A program made the position numbers and the translations under genes. This document shows, in pieces, positions 10,020-19,637 of a stretch of 64,000 bases of DNA (position 1 is the first letter of the stretch; each line of letters opens with the position of its first letter). The DNA is from Candidatus Zixiibacteriota bacterium (lineage in GTDB: Bacteria > RBG-13-66-14 > B26-G2 > WVWN01). The notes below the pieces were generated by a model, which saw only the letters and a list, made by a program, of their open reading frames with translations, was not told where the DNA came from and did not search any database. Where the stretch lies: positions 96,001 to 160,000 of the forward strand of contig JASFLY010000004.1 in NCBI GenBank assembly GCA_050117845.1, in the 5' to 3' direction.

Positions 10020-11219
10020 ATGGCAGAATTTACGAAAATCGGAGAAAACACCGTCCGTCTCGAGGTCGAGATCCCGGCCGAGGAAGTCCGCGCCCAGGCC
10101 GACAGGACCTACGCCGAGTTGGCCCGCACCGTCAAAATGCCCGGATTCCGGAAGGGCAAAACGCCGCGGCGCATCCTCCAGCGTAAGTACGCGGAGCACG
10201 TTCTCCAGACGGTGATAGACGATCTAGTCCCGGTGGCGTTCGACCGGGCGGCGAACGAGCTGGGCATCGACGTCGTGGACACGCCCCGCTACGAGGTCAC
10301 GGCCGCGGCCGTTGACGGCCCCATCGAGTTCAAGGCTGAGGTCGCCGTCTTCCCGGAGATAGAATTGCCCGATTACTCCAAGTTCGCCGTAAAACGCGAA
10401 CGCCACGAGGTCAAGGATGACGACGTGGACCGGGCCCTCGAGAACATGCGCCAGGCCAACGCCCGCCTCGAGCCCGTCGGCGAGCGGGCCAGCCTCGACG
10501 GCGAACTCGTCATCCTCCGTTTCATCGACGAGGCGCCGGAGGGCTTTTCCCAACAGACGGTCGGCGTGTGGGCGAGCGTAGACGCCGACGACCCGTTCGC
10601 CCGGCAGGTCATGGGTAAGAAGGCCGGTGATTCCTTTGACCTCGTAATAGAGTACCCGGCCGATTACCCGTCGCCCCGGCACGCCGGGACGAAGGCCGAA
10701 GTGCCGGTGGAGGTCTCCGAGGTCAAGAAGAAGATACCGCCGGACCTGAACGACGATTTCGCCCGCGACGTCGGCGAGGACGATCTGGAATCTCTACGCG
10801 CCAGGTTCCGTACCCGCCTCGAGGCCCGGGCGGAGCAGATATCGTACGTGGCCGCGTACCGGCGCTTTATCGAAGACGTCCTGGCCCGGGCGAAGGTTCC
10901 CATGGACGATTCCTTCCTGGCCACCTTCATCGAGGAAGGCGAGAGCGGGGAATTGGACGAGAAGACCCGGCAGGAGCGGCTGGAAGAGGCCCGCCGCGAC
11001 CTGGGCCAGTATTTCGTCGTGCGGGAACTCGCCCGCCGGGAGAAGATAGAAGTATCGGCCGACGAAGTGCGGGAGGCCATAACGGCCGCCGCGTCGGCGG
11101 GCGGGGCGGCGCCGGAGAGGCCGGCCGCCGTGTACGACCGCTTACTCAATGAGAAACTCGCCGCCAAACTCGTGCCCCGGGAGCCCTCCGGGGAAGACGG
11201 CGTTATCGTCCGGCCCTGA
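10020..11219 (+). CDS. tig: Trigger factor
   Basis: Ribosome-binding signature MPGFRKGK, degenerate FKBP domain, LNDDFA motif. Confidence 0.92.
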   Translation: MAEFTKIGENTVRLEVEIPAEEVRAQADRTYAELARTVKMPGFRKGKTPRRILQRKYAEHVLQTVIDDLVPVAFDRAANELGIDVVDTPRYEVTAAAVDGPIEFKAEVAVFPEIELPDYSKFAVKRERHEVKDDDVDRALENMRQANARLEPVGERASLDGELVILRFIDEAPEGFSQQTVGVWASVDADDPFARQVMGKKAGDSFDLVIEYPADYPSPRHAGTKAEVPVEVSEVKKKIPPDLNDDFARDVGEDDLESLRARFRTRLEARAEQISYVAAYRRFIEDVLARAKVPMDDSFLATFIEEGESGELDEKTRQERLEEARRDLGQYFVVRELARREKIEVSADEVREAITAAASAGGAAPERPAAVYDRLLNEKLAAKLVPREPSGEDGVIVRP

Positions 11220-11979
11220 GGACTTCCCCCCGGGCGCCACGGACCAGTGCGAACTCTTCGGCGGCCGCCTGACGCTGACGCAGCCGACCGACGGGTATCG
11301 CTTCTCGCTCGACTCCGTGCTGCTGGCGTGGTGGGTGGAATTCTCCCCCGGGGAACGGATACTGGACGCCGGCTGCGGCGTGGGGGTCGTGGCTCTGGCC
11401 CTCGCCCGATGTCGCGGGGCCCGCGACGTACTGGGCGTCGAACTGCAACCGGCCCTCGCGGCGCTCGCCCGGGCCAACGTCATCGCCAACGGCGCCGAGG
11501 CCCTGGTCTCGGTGCGGGAGGCCGATCTGCGAGAACTCCCGCCCGATCTGGCCGGGAGTTTTGACGTCGTGTGCGCCAACCCGCCGTTCCGGGAAGCGGG
11601 CGGAGGCCGCGTCAATCCCTCCCCGGGAAAGGCCGCGGCCCGGCACGAATTGACGCTCACGCTGGATGAACTCGCCCGGGCGGCGGCCGCGGCGCTTCGG
11701 CCCGGAGGCCGCTTCTATTTCATCCACCAGCCGCGACGATTGCCCGAGATAATGGCCGCGGCGGCGAACGCCGGATTGCGCATGGAACGGCTGCGCTTCG
11801 TCCAGCCGGCGGCGGCGGAAGCGGCGAACCTGGTTCTGGGGGCCGCGCGGGCGGGCGGATCGCGCGAAACGGCGGTAATGCCGCCGCTCGTCATTTACGG
11901 CGAAGGCCGGGACTACGGCCCGGAGCTGGCCGCTATTTACGAAGGCGACGGAAAACCACTATACGGCGAGGAATTATGA
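11149..11979 (+). CDS. tRNA1(Val) A37 N6-methyltransferase-like (TrmN6/YfiC family); start uncertain
   Basis: QPTDGYRFSLDSVLLA, LDAGCGVG, NPPF, AARHE motifs. Confidence 0.85.
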   Translation: MRNSPPNSCPGSPPGKTALSSGPEDFPPGATDQCELFGGRLTLTQPTDGYRFSLDSVLLAWWVEFSPGERILDAGCGVGVVALALARCRGARDVLGVELQPALAALARANVIANGAEALVSVREADLRELPPDLAGSFDVVCANPPFREAGGGRVNPSPGKAAARHELTLTLDELARAAAAALRPGGRFYFIHQPRRLPEIMAAAANAGLRMERLRFVQPAAAEAANLVLGAARAGGSRETAVMPPLVIYGEGRDYGPELAAIYEGDGKPLYGEEL

Positions 11980-13049
11980 GAACCCATCCCAAAGCGAAGC
12001 ACGTAGTAATGCGGGACGCCGCGTCGCTCCCCATACTGCTGGTCGGCGTATTCATGCTGGTCGCGATGGGAACCCGCGTCGACCCGACCCTGCCGGAGGA
12101 CCGCCTCTTCGCCGGCGTCGGCGGCGACTATCGCGAGGTCACGTTCGGCGTGCACGGCGGATACGGCGTGTACCCCATCCGGATAAAATACTTCGACAGC
12201 CCCGACTACGACGGCCCGCCCGTGATTCTGGTGCACGGCATGGGAACGTCCGACATTTATTTCTGGCGGGTGCACGGCGAGGTGGAGGTGTTCGCCGGAT
12301 TCATTTATTCCGAACAGCGGAACGTCTCCGCGGTGGGGCACGCCCAGGGTCTAGCCGACCTCGGCTACGACGTCGTGACCTACTCCTACCCGGATTCGCG
12401 CAACCGCCCCATCGAGTTCCAGGCCTACGACCTGGCCCGCGTTATCAAGTGGACCAAGGAAAAGTTCATCAAGCGGGAGGTCATACTGGTGGGCCACAGC
12501 GTCGGCGGCCTTATCTGTCGCTATTACGTCGAATCGGGCCAGCCGGGCCGCGAGAATTATCAACTTCCCTATAAGGATATGATGGACGATTACCACTGGA
12601 ACGGCTACTACAACGTGTCGAACTTCGAGATGAAGCGCTTGCGCTACCAGTACGACGTCACCAAACTCTTCCTCATCGCGACGCCCAATTACGGCAGCCT
12701 CAAAGAGGACGGCCGTGACTACGGCAGCCCGGCGCTCCTGGAACTCAAGGAGAACAGCGACTTCGTGAACTGGCTGGAGGAGGGGCGGCGCCGGGCCGTG
12801 GAGGAGTCGTACAAGCGGCCGCCGGTTTACGTCTTCGCGGGCAACGCGTACGACAACTACATGGGGGAGGGGCCGCTGGACTTCGGCGACGGCATCGTCA
12901 CGGTCCCGTCGGCCGTGGGGCCGTACGACGAGGACCCCCGCGCCCGGGTGTTCTACTTCGACCTCGACCACTTCGAGCTGGCGCTCGACGGCGAGGTCCT
13001 GGCGAAGATGTATACCATGCTGGAGGAGACGCCCGGCAGTAACCTTTGA
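11976..13049 (+). CDS. Exported alpha/beta hydrolase (lipase/esterase, PGAP1-like)
   Basis: N-terminal hydrophobic segment, VILVHGM, nucleophile elbow GHSVGG, ATPNYGS, GDGIV, C-terminal His; ATGA overlap with upstream gene. Confidence 0.8.
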   Translation: MRTHPKAKHVVMRDAASLPILLVGVFMLVAMGTRVDPTLPEDRLFAGVGGDYREVTFGVHGGYGVYPIRIKYFDSPDYDGPPVILVHGMGTSDIYFWRVHGEVEVFAGFIYSEQRNVSAVGHAQGLADLGYDVVTYSYPDSRNRPIEFQAYDLARVIKWTKEKFIKREVILVGHSVGGLICRYYVESGQPGRENYQLPYKDMMDDYHWNGYYNVSNFEMKRLRYQYDVTKLFLIATPNYGSLKEDGRDYGSPALLELKENSDFVNWLEEGRRRAVEESYKRPPVYVFAGNAYDNYMGEGPLDFGDGIVTVPSAVGPYDEDPRARVFYFDLDHFELALDGEVLAKMYTMLEETPGSNL

Positions 13050-13070
13050 CGCCGAGGCGACCTTTATCTA

Positions 13071-13099
13071 TTGACTCGCGCTTTAAAATCGGGTAAAAT
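13071..13099 (+). promoter_or_regulatory. Sigma70-like promoter for first NHL gene
   Basis: TTGACT-N17-TAAAAT. Confidence 0.65.
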
Positions 13100-13156
13100 T
13101 AAAATATACATATGCCATACGGGGGGCCGGGGTTAAACCGGCGGATGGTGATAACG

Positions 13157-14128
13157 ATGCGCGGCGTGGTGGTGGCCGCTTGCGTGGCGCTGGTGGGAAT
13201 CGGCGGCGCGTCGGCGTTATGGGAATACGAAGGACAATGGGGAGTAAAGGGCACGGGTAACGGCGAGTTCGGTCATCCCGAAGGGATTGCGCCGGGCCCG
13301 AACGATAGGATATACGTAGCCGATACCGATAACGACCGTATCCAATTCTTTGGATCGGTCGGTTCTTTTTTGGGAAAATGGGGTAAGCCCGGCCGGGCCG
13401 ACGGCCAGTTCGACGACCCGGTGGACGTGGACGTGGCCGCCAACGGCGTCGTGTACGTGGCCGACGAGGGTAACTACCGGGTGCAGTACTTCAACTCGAA
13501 CGGTTCCTTCATCGGCAAATGGGGGTCGAAGGGCACCGGCAAGGGCCAGTTCAAGAAGGCCATCGACGTCGCCGTTTCGTCCTTCAGCGTGATTTACGTG
13601 GCCGACGCCGATAATCATCGCGTGCAGTATTTCACGCCCACGGGGTCCTACCTTGGGATGTGGGGCGTTAGCGGCGCCGGGGCCGGCGAGTTCAAGGAGC
13701 CTTCGGGCCTCGCCATCAACTCCCGCGGCCATATCTACGTGGCCGATTCCGGCAATCACCGAATCCAATACTTCACGAGCAGCGGTTCCTACCTGGGCCG
13801 CTGGGGGTACATGGGCTCGGGCAACGGCGAGTTCCACACGCCGTACGCCGTGTCCATCGGCCCGAACGACATAGTCCTGGTGGCGGACCAGTTCAACCAT
13901 CGCCTCCAGTTCTTCACGCCGACCGGGTCCTTCCTCGGCAAGGTGGGCAACGAGGGTTCGGGCGACGGCGAGTTCAAGTTCCCCTACGCGCTGACCTGCG
14001 TCGTGCCCGGAGAACGATTATACGTGGCGGACTCGGTCAACTACCGCGTGCAGTACTTCCGGCGGACCAAGAGCGAACCCGCCGTGGAGCCGACGTCGCT
14101 CGGCCGGATCAAGGCCCTGTTCGACTAA
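13157..14128 (+). CDS. Secreted NHL-repeat 6-bladed beta-propeller #1 with C-terminal SLGRIKALF tag
   Basis: Signal peptide MRGVVVAACVALVGIGGASA; six F..P..(I/V)A...YVAD..N.R(I/V)QYF repeats; ends VEPTSLGRIKALFD. Confidence 0.9.
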   Translation: MRGVVVAACVALVGIGGASALWEYEGQWGVKGTGNGEFGHPEGIAPGPNDRIYVADTDNDRIQFFGSVGSFLGKWGKPGRADGQFDDPVDVDVAANGVVYVADEGNYRVQYFNSNGSFIGKWGSKGTGKGQFKKAIDVAVSSFSVIYVADADNHRVQYFTPTGSYLGMWGVSGAGAGEFKEPSGLAINSRGHIYVADSGNHRIQYFTSSGSYLGRWGYMGSGNGEFHTPYAVSIGPNDIVLVADQFNHRLQFFTPTGSFLGKVGNEGSGDGEFKFPYALTCVVPGERLYVADSVNYRVQYFRRTKSEPAVEPTSLGRIKALFD

Positions 14129-14134
14129 AACTAA

Positions 14135-14214
14135 AACTCGATTGTGCGAAACGCCGCCGCCCGGCCCCGGCCGGGCGTTTTGTTTTGCCTTGGGGGCTCC
14201 GCGGATGGTATTAT
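14135..14214 (+). repeat. ~80-bp terminator+promoter cassette, copy 1
   Basis: AACTCGATT..GCG lead-in, CGCCCGGC/GCCGGGCG hairpin plus T tract, then TTGCCT-N18-TATTAT. Confidence 0.75.
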
Positions 14215-14474
14215 TAAATGGAATAAGGGCGACCCGAGGAGGAGACGGGGATTGAGGGAAAACGTTCCGAGGACGTAGGCCGCGGCCGCGACGCCCCGTT
14301 GGGCGCCGGCGGCCGTCTATTGTTTTAGGAGAACGTTTCCCTCGACGACGGCCCCGACCCGGCCTCGAACCGCCGGAGGACCCCGAGAGGTCTTTACCTA
14401 CTAATCGGCGTTAAGCCCCCGACCTCGACGGCTGGAGAGGAGGCGCGAGGTCTTTAAACTAAAGGAGGTTGGCG

Positions 14475-15428
14475 ATGAGGTTAATCCCTATTAGCGTTAT
14501 TATTCTCGCCTGCGCGGCGTGGGGTAGTTCTCCCGCATGGGTTTACGAGTTTCAATGGGGCTCCTTCGGCACGTTGGCGGGTCAATTCCGGTTTCCGATG
14601 GGAGTCTACGCTTCCAATAATACATACATATACGTCGCGGATACCAATAACAACCGCGTACAGTACTTCGAGGACAACGGCTATCCTAAAGGGCAATGGG
14701 GAGAGAGTGGCACCGGCGACGGCCAGTTCAACCAGCCCCGGGACGTTAAGGCGAATAACAAGGGCAACATCTACGTCGTGGACAGCCTAAACGACCGGAT
14801 CCAGTATTTCTCCGGCCTCGGGTCATTCCGGGGAAAATGGGGTACTTCCGGTTCCGGGGACGGCCAATTCGATGGACCCTTCGGTATTGCGGTATCTCCG
14901 GACGGCGACATTTACGTGGCCGATTCCGGGAACAACCGTATTCAGTACTTCACCTCTACGGGTTCTTTTCTGGGCAAATGGGGTTCCGAGGGAGTAGGCG
15001 ACGGTCAGTTCAAAACCCCGCGGGGGATAGCCGTCGCTTCCGACGGTACGGTCTACGTAGCCGACGTGTCCAACTATCGCGTCCAATACTTCAGCTCTTC
15101 CGGGTCTTTTTTGGGCCGGTGGGGTTCGAAGGGTACGGGAGCCGGCCAGTTCGATTATCCGTGGGCCCTGACCATAAGCCCGACCGGCGACGTTTACGTG
15201 AGCGATTATAATAATCTGAGGATCCAATACTTCACGCCTACCGGTTCCTACCTCGGCGCTATCGGCGGAGCGGGCCAGTTTAACAGCCAGGTCGGGATAT
15301 CCTATAACCCTCTCGGCCCCCAGCTTTACGTGGCGGACGCCGGGAACGCTCGCATACAACGTTACCGGTGCACGAACGCGGCCGTCGTCCCCGCCTCTTT
15401 GGGTAGCATTAAAGCGTTGTTCGAATAA
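14475..15428 (+). CDS. Secreted NHL-repeat beta-propeller #2 with C-terminal tag
   Basis: AAGGAGG RBS, signal peptide, six NHL repeats; ends VVPASLGSIKALFE. Confidence 0.9.
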   Translation: MRLIPISVIILACAAWGSSPAWVYEFQWGSFGTLAGQFRFPMGVYASNNTYIYVADTNNNRVQYFEDNGYPKGQWGESGTGDGQFNQPRDVKANNKGNIYVVDSLNDRIQYFSGLGSFRGKWGTSGSGDGQFDGPFGIAVSPDGDIYVADSGNNRIQYFTSTGSFLGKWGSEGVGDGQFKTPRGIAVASDGTVYVADVSNYRVQYFSSSGSFLGRWGSKGTGAGQFDYPWALTISPTGDVYVSDYNNLRIQYFTPTGSYLGAIGGAGQFNSQVGISYNPLGPQLYVADAGNARIQRYRCTNAAVVPASLGSIKALFE

Positions 15429-15506
15429 CTCAATTGGGCGTAAAGCCGCCGCCCGGCTCCGGCCGGGCGTTTTTATTTGACCTCTCCGCCATTCGGGTAG
15501 TATACT
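15427..15506 (+). repeat. Terminator+promoter cassette, copy 2
   Basis: CGCCCGGCTCCGGCCGGGCG-TTTTT then TTGACC-N18-TATACT. Confidence 0.8.
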
Positions 15507-15544
15507 TGACATATACACGAAGGCGAATTAAGGGAGTATGAACT

Positions 15545-16516
15545 ATGAGGGCAACGACGATAATAACGGCCGCGGTGCTGGCGGCGAGTTGGGCGTGCGG
15601 CACCTGCTACAATTTCGAAGGGAAGTGGGGCAGCGAGGGGTCCGGCAACGGCGAATTCCAGGGCCCCGGGGACATATTCCTTGCCCCCAACGGTACCGTC
15701 TACGTCGTCGACGCCGGGAATCACCGCGTTCAATACTTCACGCCGGCCGGCAGCTACCTCGGCCAGTGGGGCAGCCGCGGCTCGGGCCCCGGCGAACTCG
15801 AATTCCCTTCGGGCCTTACGGTAACGCCCGGGGGCCGCGTATACGTAGTGGATGGCAGCAACAACAGTCGGATCCAGTACTTCACGCTTACCGGTAGTTA
15901 CCTCGGCGGCTGGGGATCGCGGGGAAGCGGCCCCGGCCAGTTCTACGATCCCGCAAGCGTAACCGCAATCTCTAACGGCAACGTTTACGTCTCCGAGTGT
16001 ATGAATCATCGCGTGCAGTATTTTACGTCGAACGGGAGTTACCTCGGCATGTGGGGGTCGAAAGGAGAGGCGGCGGGGCAATTCAGATGGCCGGACGGGA
16101 TAGCCGTTTCGCCCGGGGCCGGGGATATATACGTCGCGGACAACGGCGATCACCGTATACAGGTCTTCACGACGACGGGCGGCTTTATCCGCCAAATAGG
16201 GAAGTTCGGTTCCGGTAACGGCGAATTCGTTGGACCCCGGGGCGTTTGTTTCAGCTCCGACGGCCGGATGTACGTGGCCGATACGGGGAATCATTACATG
16301 CAGTATTTCAACGCCGCCGGCAGTTTCCTGGGCCGGTGGGGGTGGTACGGAAGCGCCGACGGCCAATTCATCAGTCCGATCGCCGTAGCTACGACGTCGG
16401 CCGGGGACCTGGTTTACGTCGCGGATTGGGGGAATGACCGGATCCAGTATTTCCGGGAATCGCCCACGCAAATCGCGCCGACGTCGCTGGGGAAGATAAA
16501 AGCGCTTTTCGAATAA
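15545..16516 (+). CDS. Secreted NHL-repeat beta-propeller #3 (type A) with C-terminal tag
   Basis: Signal MRATTIITAAVLAASWACG; six NHL repeats; ends IAPTSLGKIKALFE. Confidence 0.9.
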   Translation: MRATTIITAAVLAASWACGTCYNFEGKWGSEGSGNGEFQGPGDIFLAPNGTVYVVDAGNHRVQYFTPAGSYLGQWGSRGSGPGELEFPSGLTVTPGGRVYVVDGSNNSRIQYFTLTGSYLGGWGSRGSGPGQFYDPASVTAISNGNVYVSECMNHRVQYFTSNGSYLGMWGSKGEAAGQFRWPDGIAVSPGAGDIYVADNGDHRIQVFTTTGGFIRQIGKFGSGNGEFVGPRGVCFSSDGRMYVADTGNHYMQYFNAAGSFLGRWGWYGSADGQFISPIAVATTSAGDLVYVADWGNDRIQYFRESPTQIAPTSLGKIKALFE

Positions 16517-16560
16517 CCGCAGGTGGGTCGATAGGGGTCGACGTTTTTAAGGGAGACGAG

Positions 16561-17541
16561 ATGAAAACGCGAACGAATACGGTAAAGCTAATATGGGTCG
16601 TAGCTGTTCTGACGGCCTCGGCCGCCGGCGCTTATTCTCCGTGGACGTACGAATTTGAGTGGGGCCGGGAAGGTTCCGGCCAGGGCGAGTTCCGGGAACC
16701 GTGGGGGATAGCCAAGACCACGGGGACCGGCGACGTTTACGTGGCGGACACGGGGAATCACCGCGTTCAATGCTTCACCCGGCGCGGTTTGTGGTTGAGG
16801 CAGTGGGGAGAGTTCGGCGGGGGTACGGGGCAATTCCGGAATCCGAAGGGGATAGCCGTATCCTCGGGCGGCCGTATTTTCGTGGCGGATACCGGCAACC
16901 ACCGCGTCCAATATTTCTCCGCGAGCGGTTCTTTCCTCGGGTCATGGGGCTCGGAGGGCGGCGGGAACGGCCAGTTCCGGAGCCCGGCCGGCCTGACGTT
17001 TTCCCCGGCCGGCGACGTTTACGTGGCCGACACCGGCAACGACCGCGTCCAGTACTTCACGTCGACGGGGAGTTTCCTCGGCAAGTGGGGCGCTCCCGGT
17101 TCCGGCCTAAAACAGTTCGACGGGCCGGAGGGGATTACCATCGGAAACGACGGCCGCGTCTTCGTGGTCGATACCGGTAATAACCGGATCCAGTGCTACA
17201 CCGTTACGGGCGATTTCCTGGGGATGTGGGGCTCGTACGGCTCCGGGGACGACCAGTTCAATACGCCCGGCGGCGCTTTCGTCCCCGAATACGCAAGGGT
17301 TTTCATCGCGGATACGGGCAACGACCGCGTCCAGGTATTCCAACGCAACGGCGCATTTTATTGCAGTATGGGAAGCGGCGGTTCGGGGCCGGCGCAATTC
17401 CGGGCGCCCCGCGGCGTCGCCGGCAGCCAGGATTGGTACATATACGTCCTGGATACGGGTAACAACCGCGTCCAGTACTTCGAAAACCGCCTCGGGATTA
17501 CGCCCGCGTCCCTCGGCCGGATCAAAGCGCTGTTCGACTAA
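16561..17541 (+). CDS. Secreted NHL-repeat beta-propeller #4 (type B) with C-terminal tag
   Basis: Signal MKTRT...LTASAAGA; six NHL repeats; ends ITPASLGRIKALFD. Confidence 0.9.
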   Translation: MKTRTNTVKLIWVVAVLTASAAGAYSPWTYEFEWGREGSGQGEFREPWGIAKTTGTGDVYVADTGNHRVQCFTRRGLWLRQWGEFGGGTGQFRNPKGIAVSSGGRIFVADTGNHRVQYFSASGSFLGSWGSEGGGNGQFRSPAGLTFSPAGDVYVADTGNDRVQYFTSTGSFLGKWGAPGSGLKQFDGPEGITIGNDGRVFVVDTGNNRIQCYTVTGDFLGMWGSYGSGDDQFNTPGGAFVPEYARVFIADTGNDRVQVFQRNGAFYCSMGSGGSGPAQFRAPRGVAGSQDWYIYVLDTGNNRVQYFENRLGITPASLGRIKALFD

Positions 17542-17619
17542 CTCGATTACGCGAAACATCCCCGCCCGGCTCCGGCCGGGCGGTCTTATTTGACCTTCCC
17601 GGCGTTTGGGTAGTATGCT
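17540..17619 (+). repeat. Terminator+promoter cassette, copy 3
   Basis: Same hairpin, then TTGACC-N18-TATGCT. Confidence 0.8.
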
Positions 17620-17655
17620 TGACATATAAGAGACGGAGGACTGGAGGTTCCTACG

Positions 17656-18624
17656 ATGAGGGTAACCGCGTTGATAACGGCCGCGATACTGGCGGCGAGT
17701 TGGGCGTGCGGCACCTGCTACAATTTCGAAGGGAAGTGGGGCAGCGAGGGGTCCGGCAACGGCGAATTCCAGGGCCCCGCGGACGTATTCCTGGCCCCTG
17801 GCGGGACTGTCTACGTGGTCGATACTTATAATGACCGTATCCAATATTTCACGCCGACCGGCAGCTATTTGGGCCAGTGGGACGGTATGGGGGGAGGGGC
17901 GGGTAAATTCGATGACCCGTCCGAACTGGCGGTAACCCCCGGCGGCAGGGTATACGTAGCGGATAGCTATAACGACCGGGTCCAATATTTCACGCTTACG
18001 GGGAGTTACTTGGGCCAGTGGGGAACCTCGGGAAGCGGCCCCGGCCAGTTCGAATACCCGGAAGGTATTGCCGCGGCCGGGAACGGCGACGTCTATGTCT
18101 CAGATCGGATGAATTATCGCGTACAGTATTTCACGTCGGACGGGAGTTTCCTCGGTTCTTGGGGTTCGCGGGGGAGCGGCCCCGGCCAGTTCGATTGGCT
18201 TTTAGGAATCGCTATTTCCCCGGGGGCAGGGGAGGTATACATCGTGGAACGCGGAAATCACCGGATACAGGTTTTTACGCCGGCGGGTAGTTTTATCCGC
18301 GTAATCGGGAAGTTCGGCTCCGGTAACGGCGAATTCGTTTTTCCCGAGGATTTACATTTTAGTTCGGACGGCCGTTTGTACGTGGCCGATACGGGGAATC
18401 ATTACATGCAGTATTTCGACGCCGCCGGCGGCTTCCTGGGCCGGTGGGGATGGTACGGGACGGGCGACGGCGAGTTCCGTTTTCCCAGCGGTGTCGCGGT
18501 AACGCCGGACGGTTCCCGCGTCTACGTGGCCGATTGGGGGAATCACCGGATACAGTATTTCCGGCCGTCGCCTACGCTAATCGTTCCGGCGTCGTTAGGG
18601 ACAATAAAAGCGCTTTTCGATTAA
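17656..18624 (+). CDS. Secreted NHL-repeat beta-propeller #5 (type A paralog of #3) with C-terminal tag
   Basis: GGAGG RBS; N-terminus nearly identical to #3; ends IVPASLGTIKALFD. Confidence 0.9.
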   Translation: MRVTALITAAILAASWACGTCYNFEGKWGSEGSGNGEFQGPADVFLAPGGTVYVVDTYNDRIQYFTPTGSYLGQWDGMGGGAGKFDDPSELAVTPGGRVYVADSYNDRVQYFTLTGSYLGQWGTSGSGPGQFEYPEGIAAAGNGDVYVSDRMNYRVQYFTSDGSFLGSWGSRGSGPGQFDWLLGIAISPGAGEVYIVERGNHRIQVFTPAGSFIRVIGKFGSGNGEFVFPEDLHFSSDGRLYVADTGNHYMQYFDAAGGFLGRWGWYGTGDGEFRFPSGVAVTPDGSRVYVADWGNHRIQYFRPSPTLIVPASLGTIKALFD

Positions 18625-18665
18625 GGATGGCCTCGTCGCCGCGGGCGACGTTTATCGGAGACAGA

Positions 18666-19637
18666 ATGAAAACGCGAACGCGTATATTGTTAGGGGTTGC
18701 GGCGGTCCTTGCGGCTTCGGTCGTCGGCGCCTGGACGCAATGGGAATTCAAGTTTGAATGGGGCCGCGAAGGGTCCGGCCCGGGCGAGTTCGACGGGCCG
18801 TGCGGGATAGCCAAGATCCCGTCGGGCGACGTTTACGTGGCGGATACGGGGAATAACCGCGTTCAGTACTTCACGCGGCTCGGTACATGGCTGGGGCAGT
18901 GGGGTTCCTTCGGCGGGGCGGCGGGCCGCTTCCGAAATCCGACGGGTATAGTCGTGACCTCAAACGGCCGCGTTTATATTGCGGATACCGGCAACCACCG
19001 CATCCAATATTTCACCGCGAGCGGTTCTTTCCTCGGGGCGTGGGGGGCGGAGGGCGGCGGCGACGGCCAATTCCGGAGCCCGACCGGCCTGGCCCTATCG
19101 CCGGCCGGAAACGTTTACGTGGCCGACGCCGGCAACGACCGCATTCAATATTTCACGACGGCGGGGAGTTTTCTCGGTAAGTGGGGCGCTTCCGGTTCCG
19201 GCCCAAAGCAGTTCGATGGGCCGGAGGGAATTACCGTCGGAACCGACGGCCGCGTCTTCGTAGCCGACACCGGTAATCACCGGATCCAATGCTACACCGT
19301 GGACGGCGACTTCCTGGGGATGTGGGGTTCGTACGGTTCGGAAGACGAGCAGTTTTACTTCCCGAGGGGCGTATTCGTTCCCGAATACTCGCCGGTTTTC
19401 GTCGCGGATACGGGCAACGACCGCATCCAGGTATATCAACGGCACGGCGCGTTCTATACGAATATGGGTACCGGGGGATCGGGGCCGGGGCAATTCCGGG
19501 CGCCCCGCGGCGTCGCCGGCGACGAAGGTTGGAGAGTTTACGTCCTGGATACCGGCAACCACCGCGTCCAATATTTAGAGAACCGTTCGGCCGTAGCGCC
19601 GACGTCGCTCGGCCGTATCAAGGCGCTGTTCGATTAA
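18666..19637 (+). CDS. Secreted NHL-repeat beta-propeller #6 (type B paralog of #4) with C-terminal tag
   Basis: ATG 18666 (MKTRTRILLG), GGAG RBS; ends VAPTSLGRIKALFD. Confidence 0.9.
   Translation: MKTRTRILLGVAAVLAASVVGAWTQWEFKFEWGREGSGPGEFDGPCGIAKIPSGDVYVADTGNNRVQYFTRLGTWLGQWGSFGGAAGRFRNPTGIVVTSNGRVYIADTGNHRIQYFTASGSFLGAWGAEGGGDGQFRSPTGLALSPAGNVYVADAGNDRIQYFTTAGSFLGKWGASGSGPKQFDGPEGITVGTDGRVFVADTGNHRIQCYTVDGDFLGMWGSYGSEDEQFYFPRGVFVPEYSPVFVADTGNDRIQVYQRHGAFYTNMGTGGSGPGQFRAPRGVAGDEGWRVYVLDTGNHRVQYLENRSAVAPTSLGRIKALFD

Noticed and set aside
13157..19637. Diversity-generating retroelement acting on the NHL genes
   Set aside because: No reverse transcriptase in the window and no template/variable repeat pair differing only at adenines was seen; differences involve all bases.
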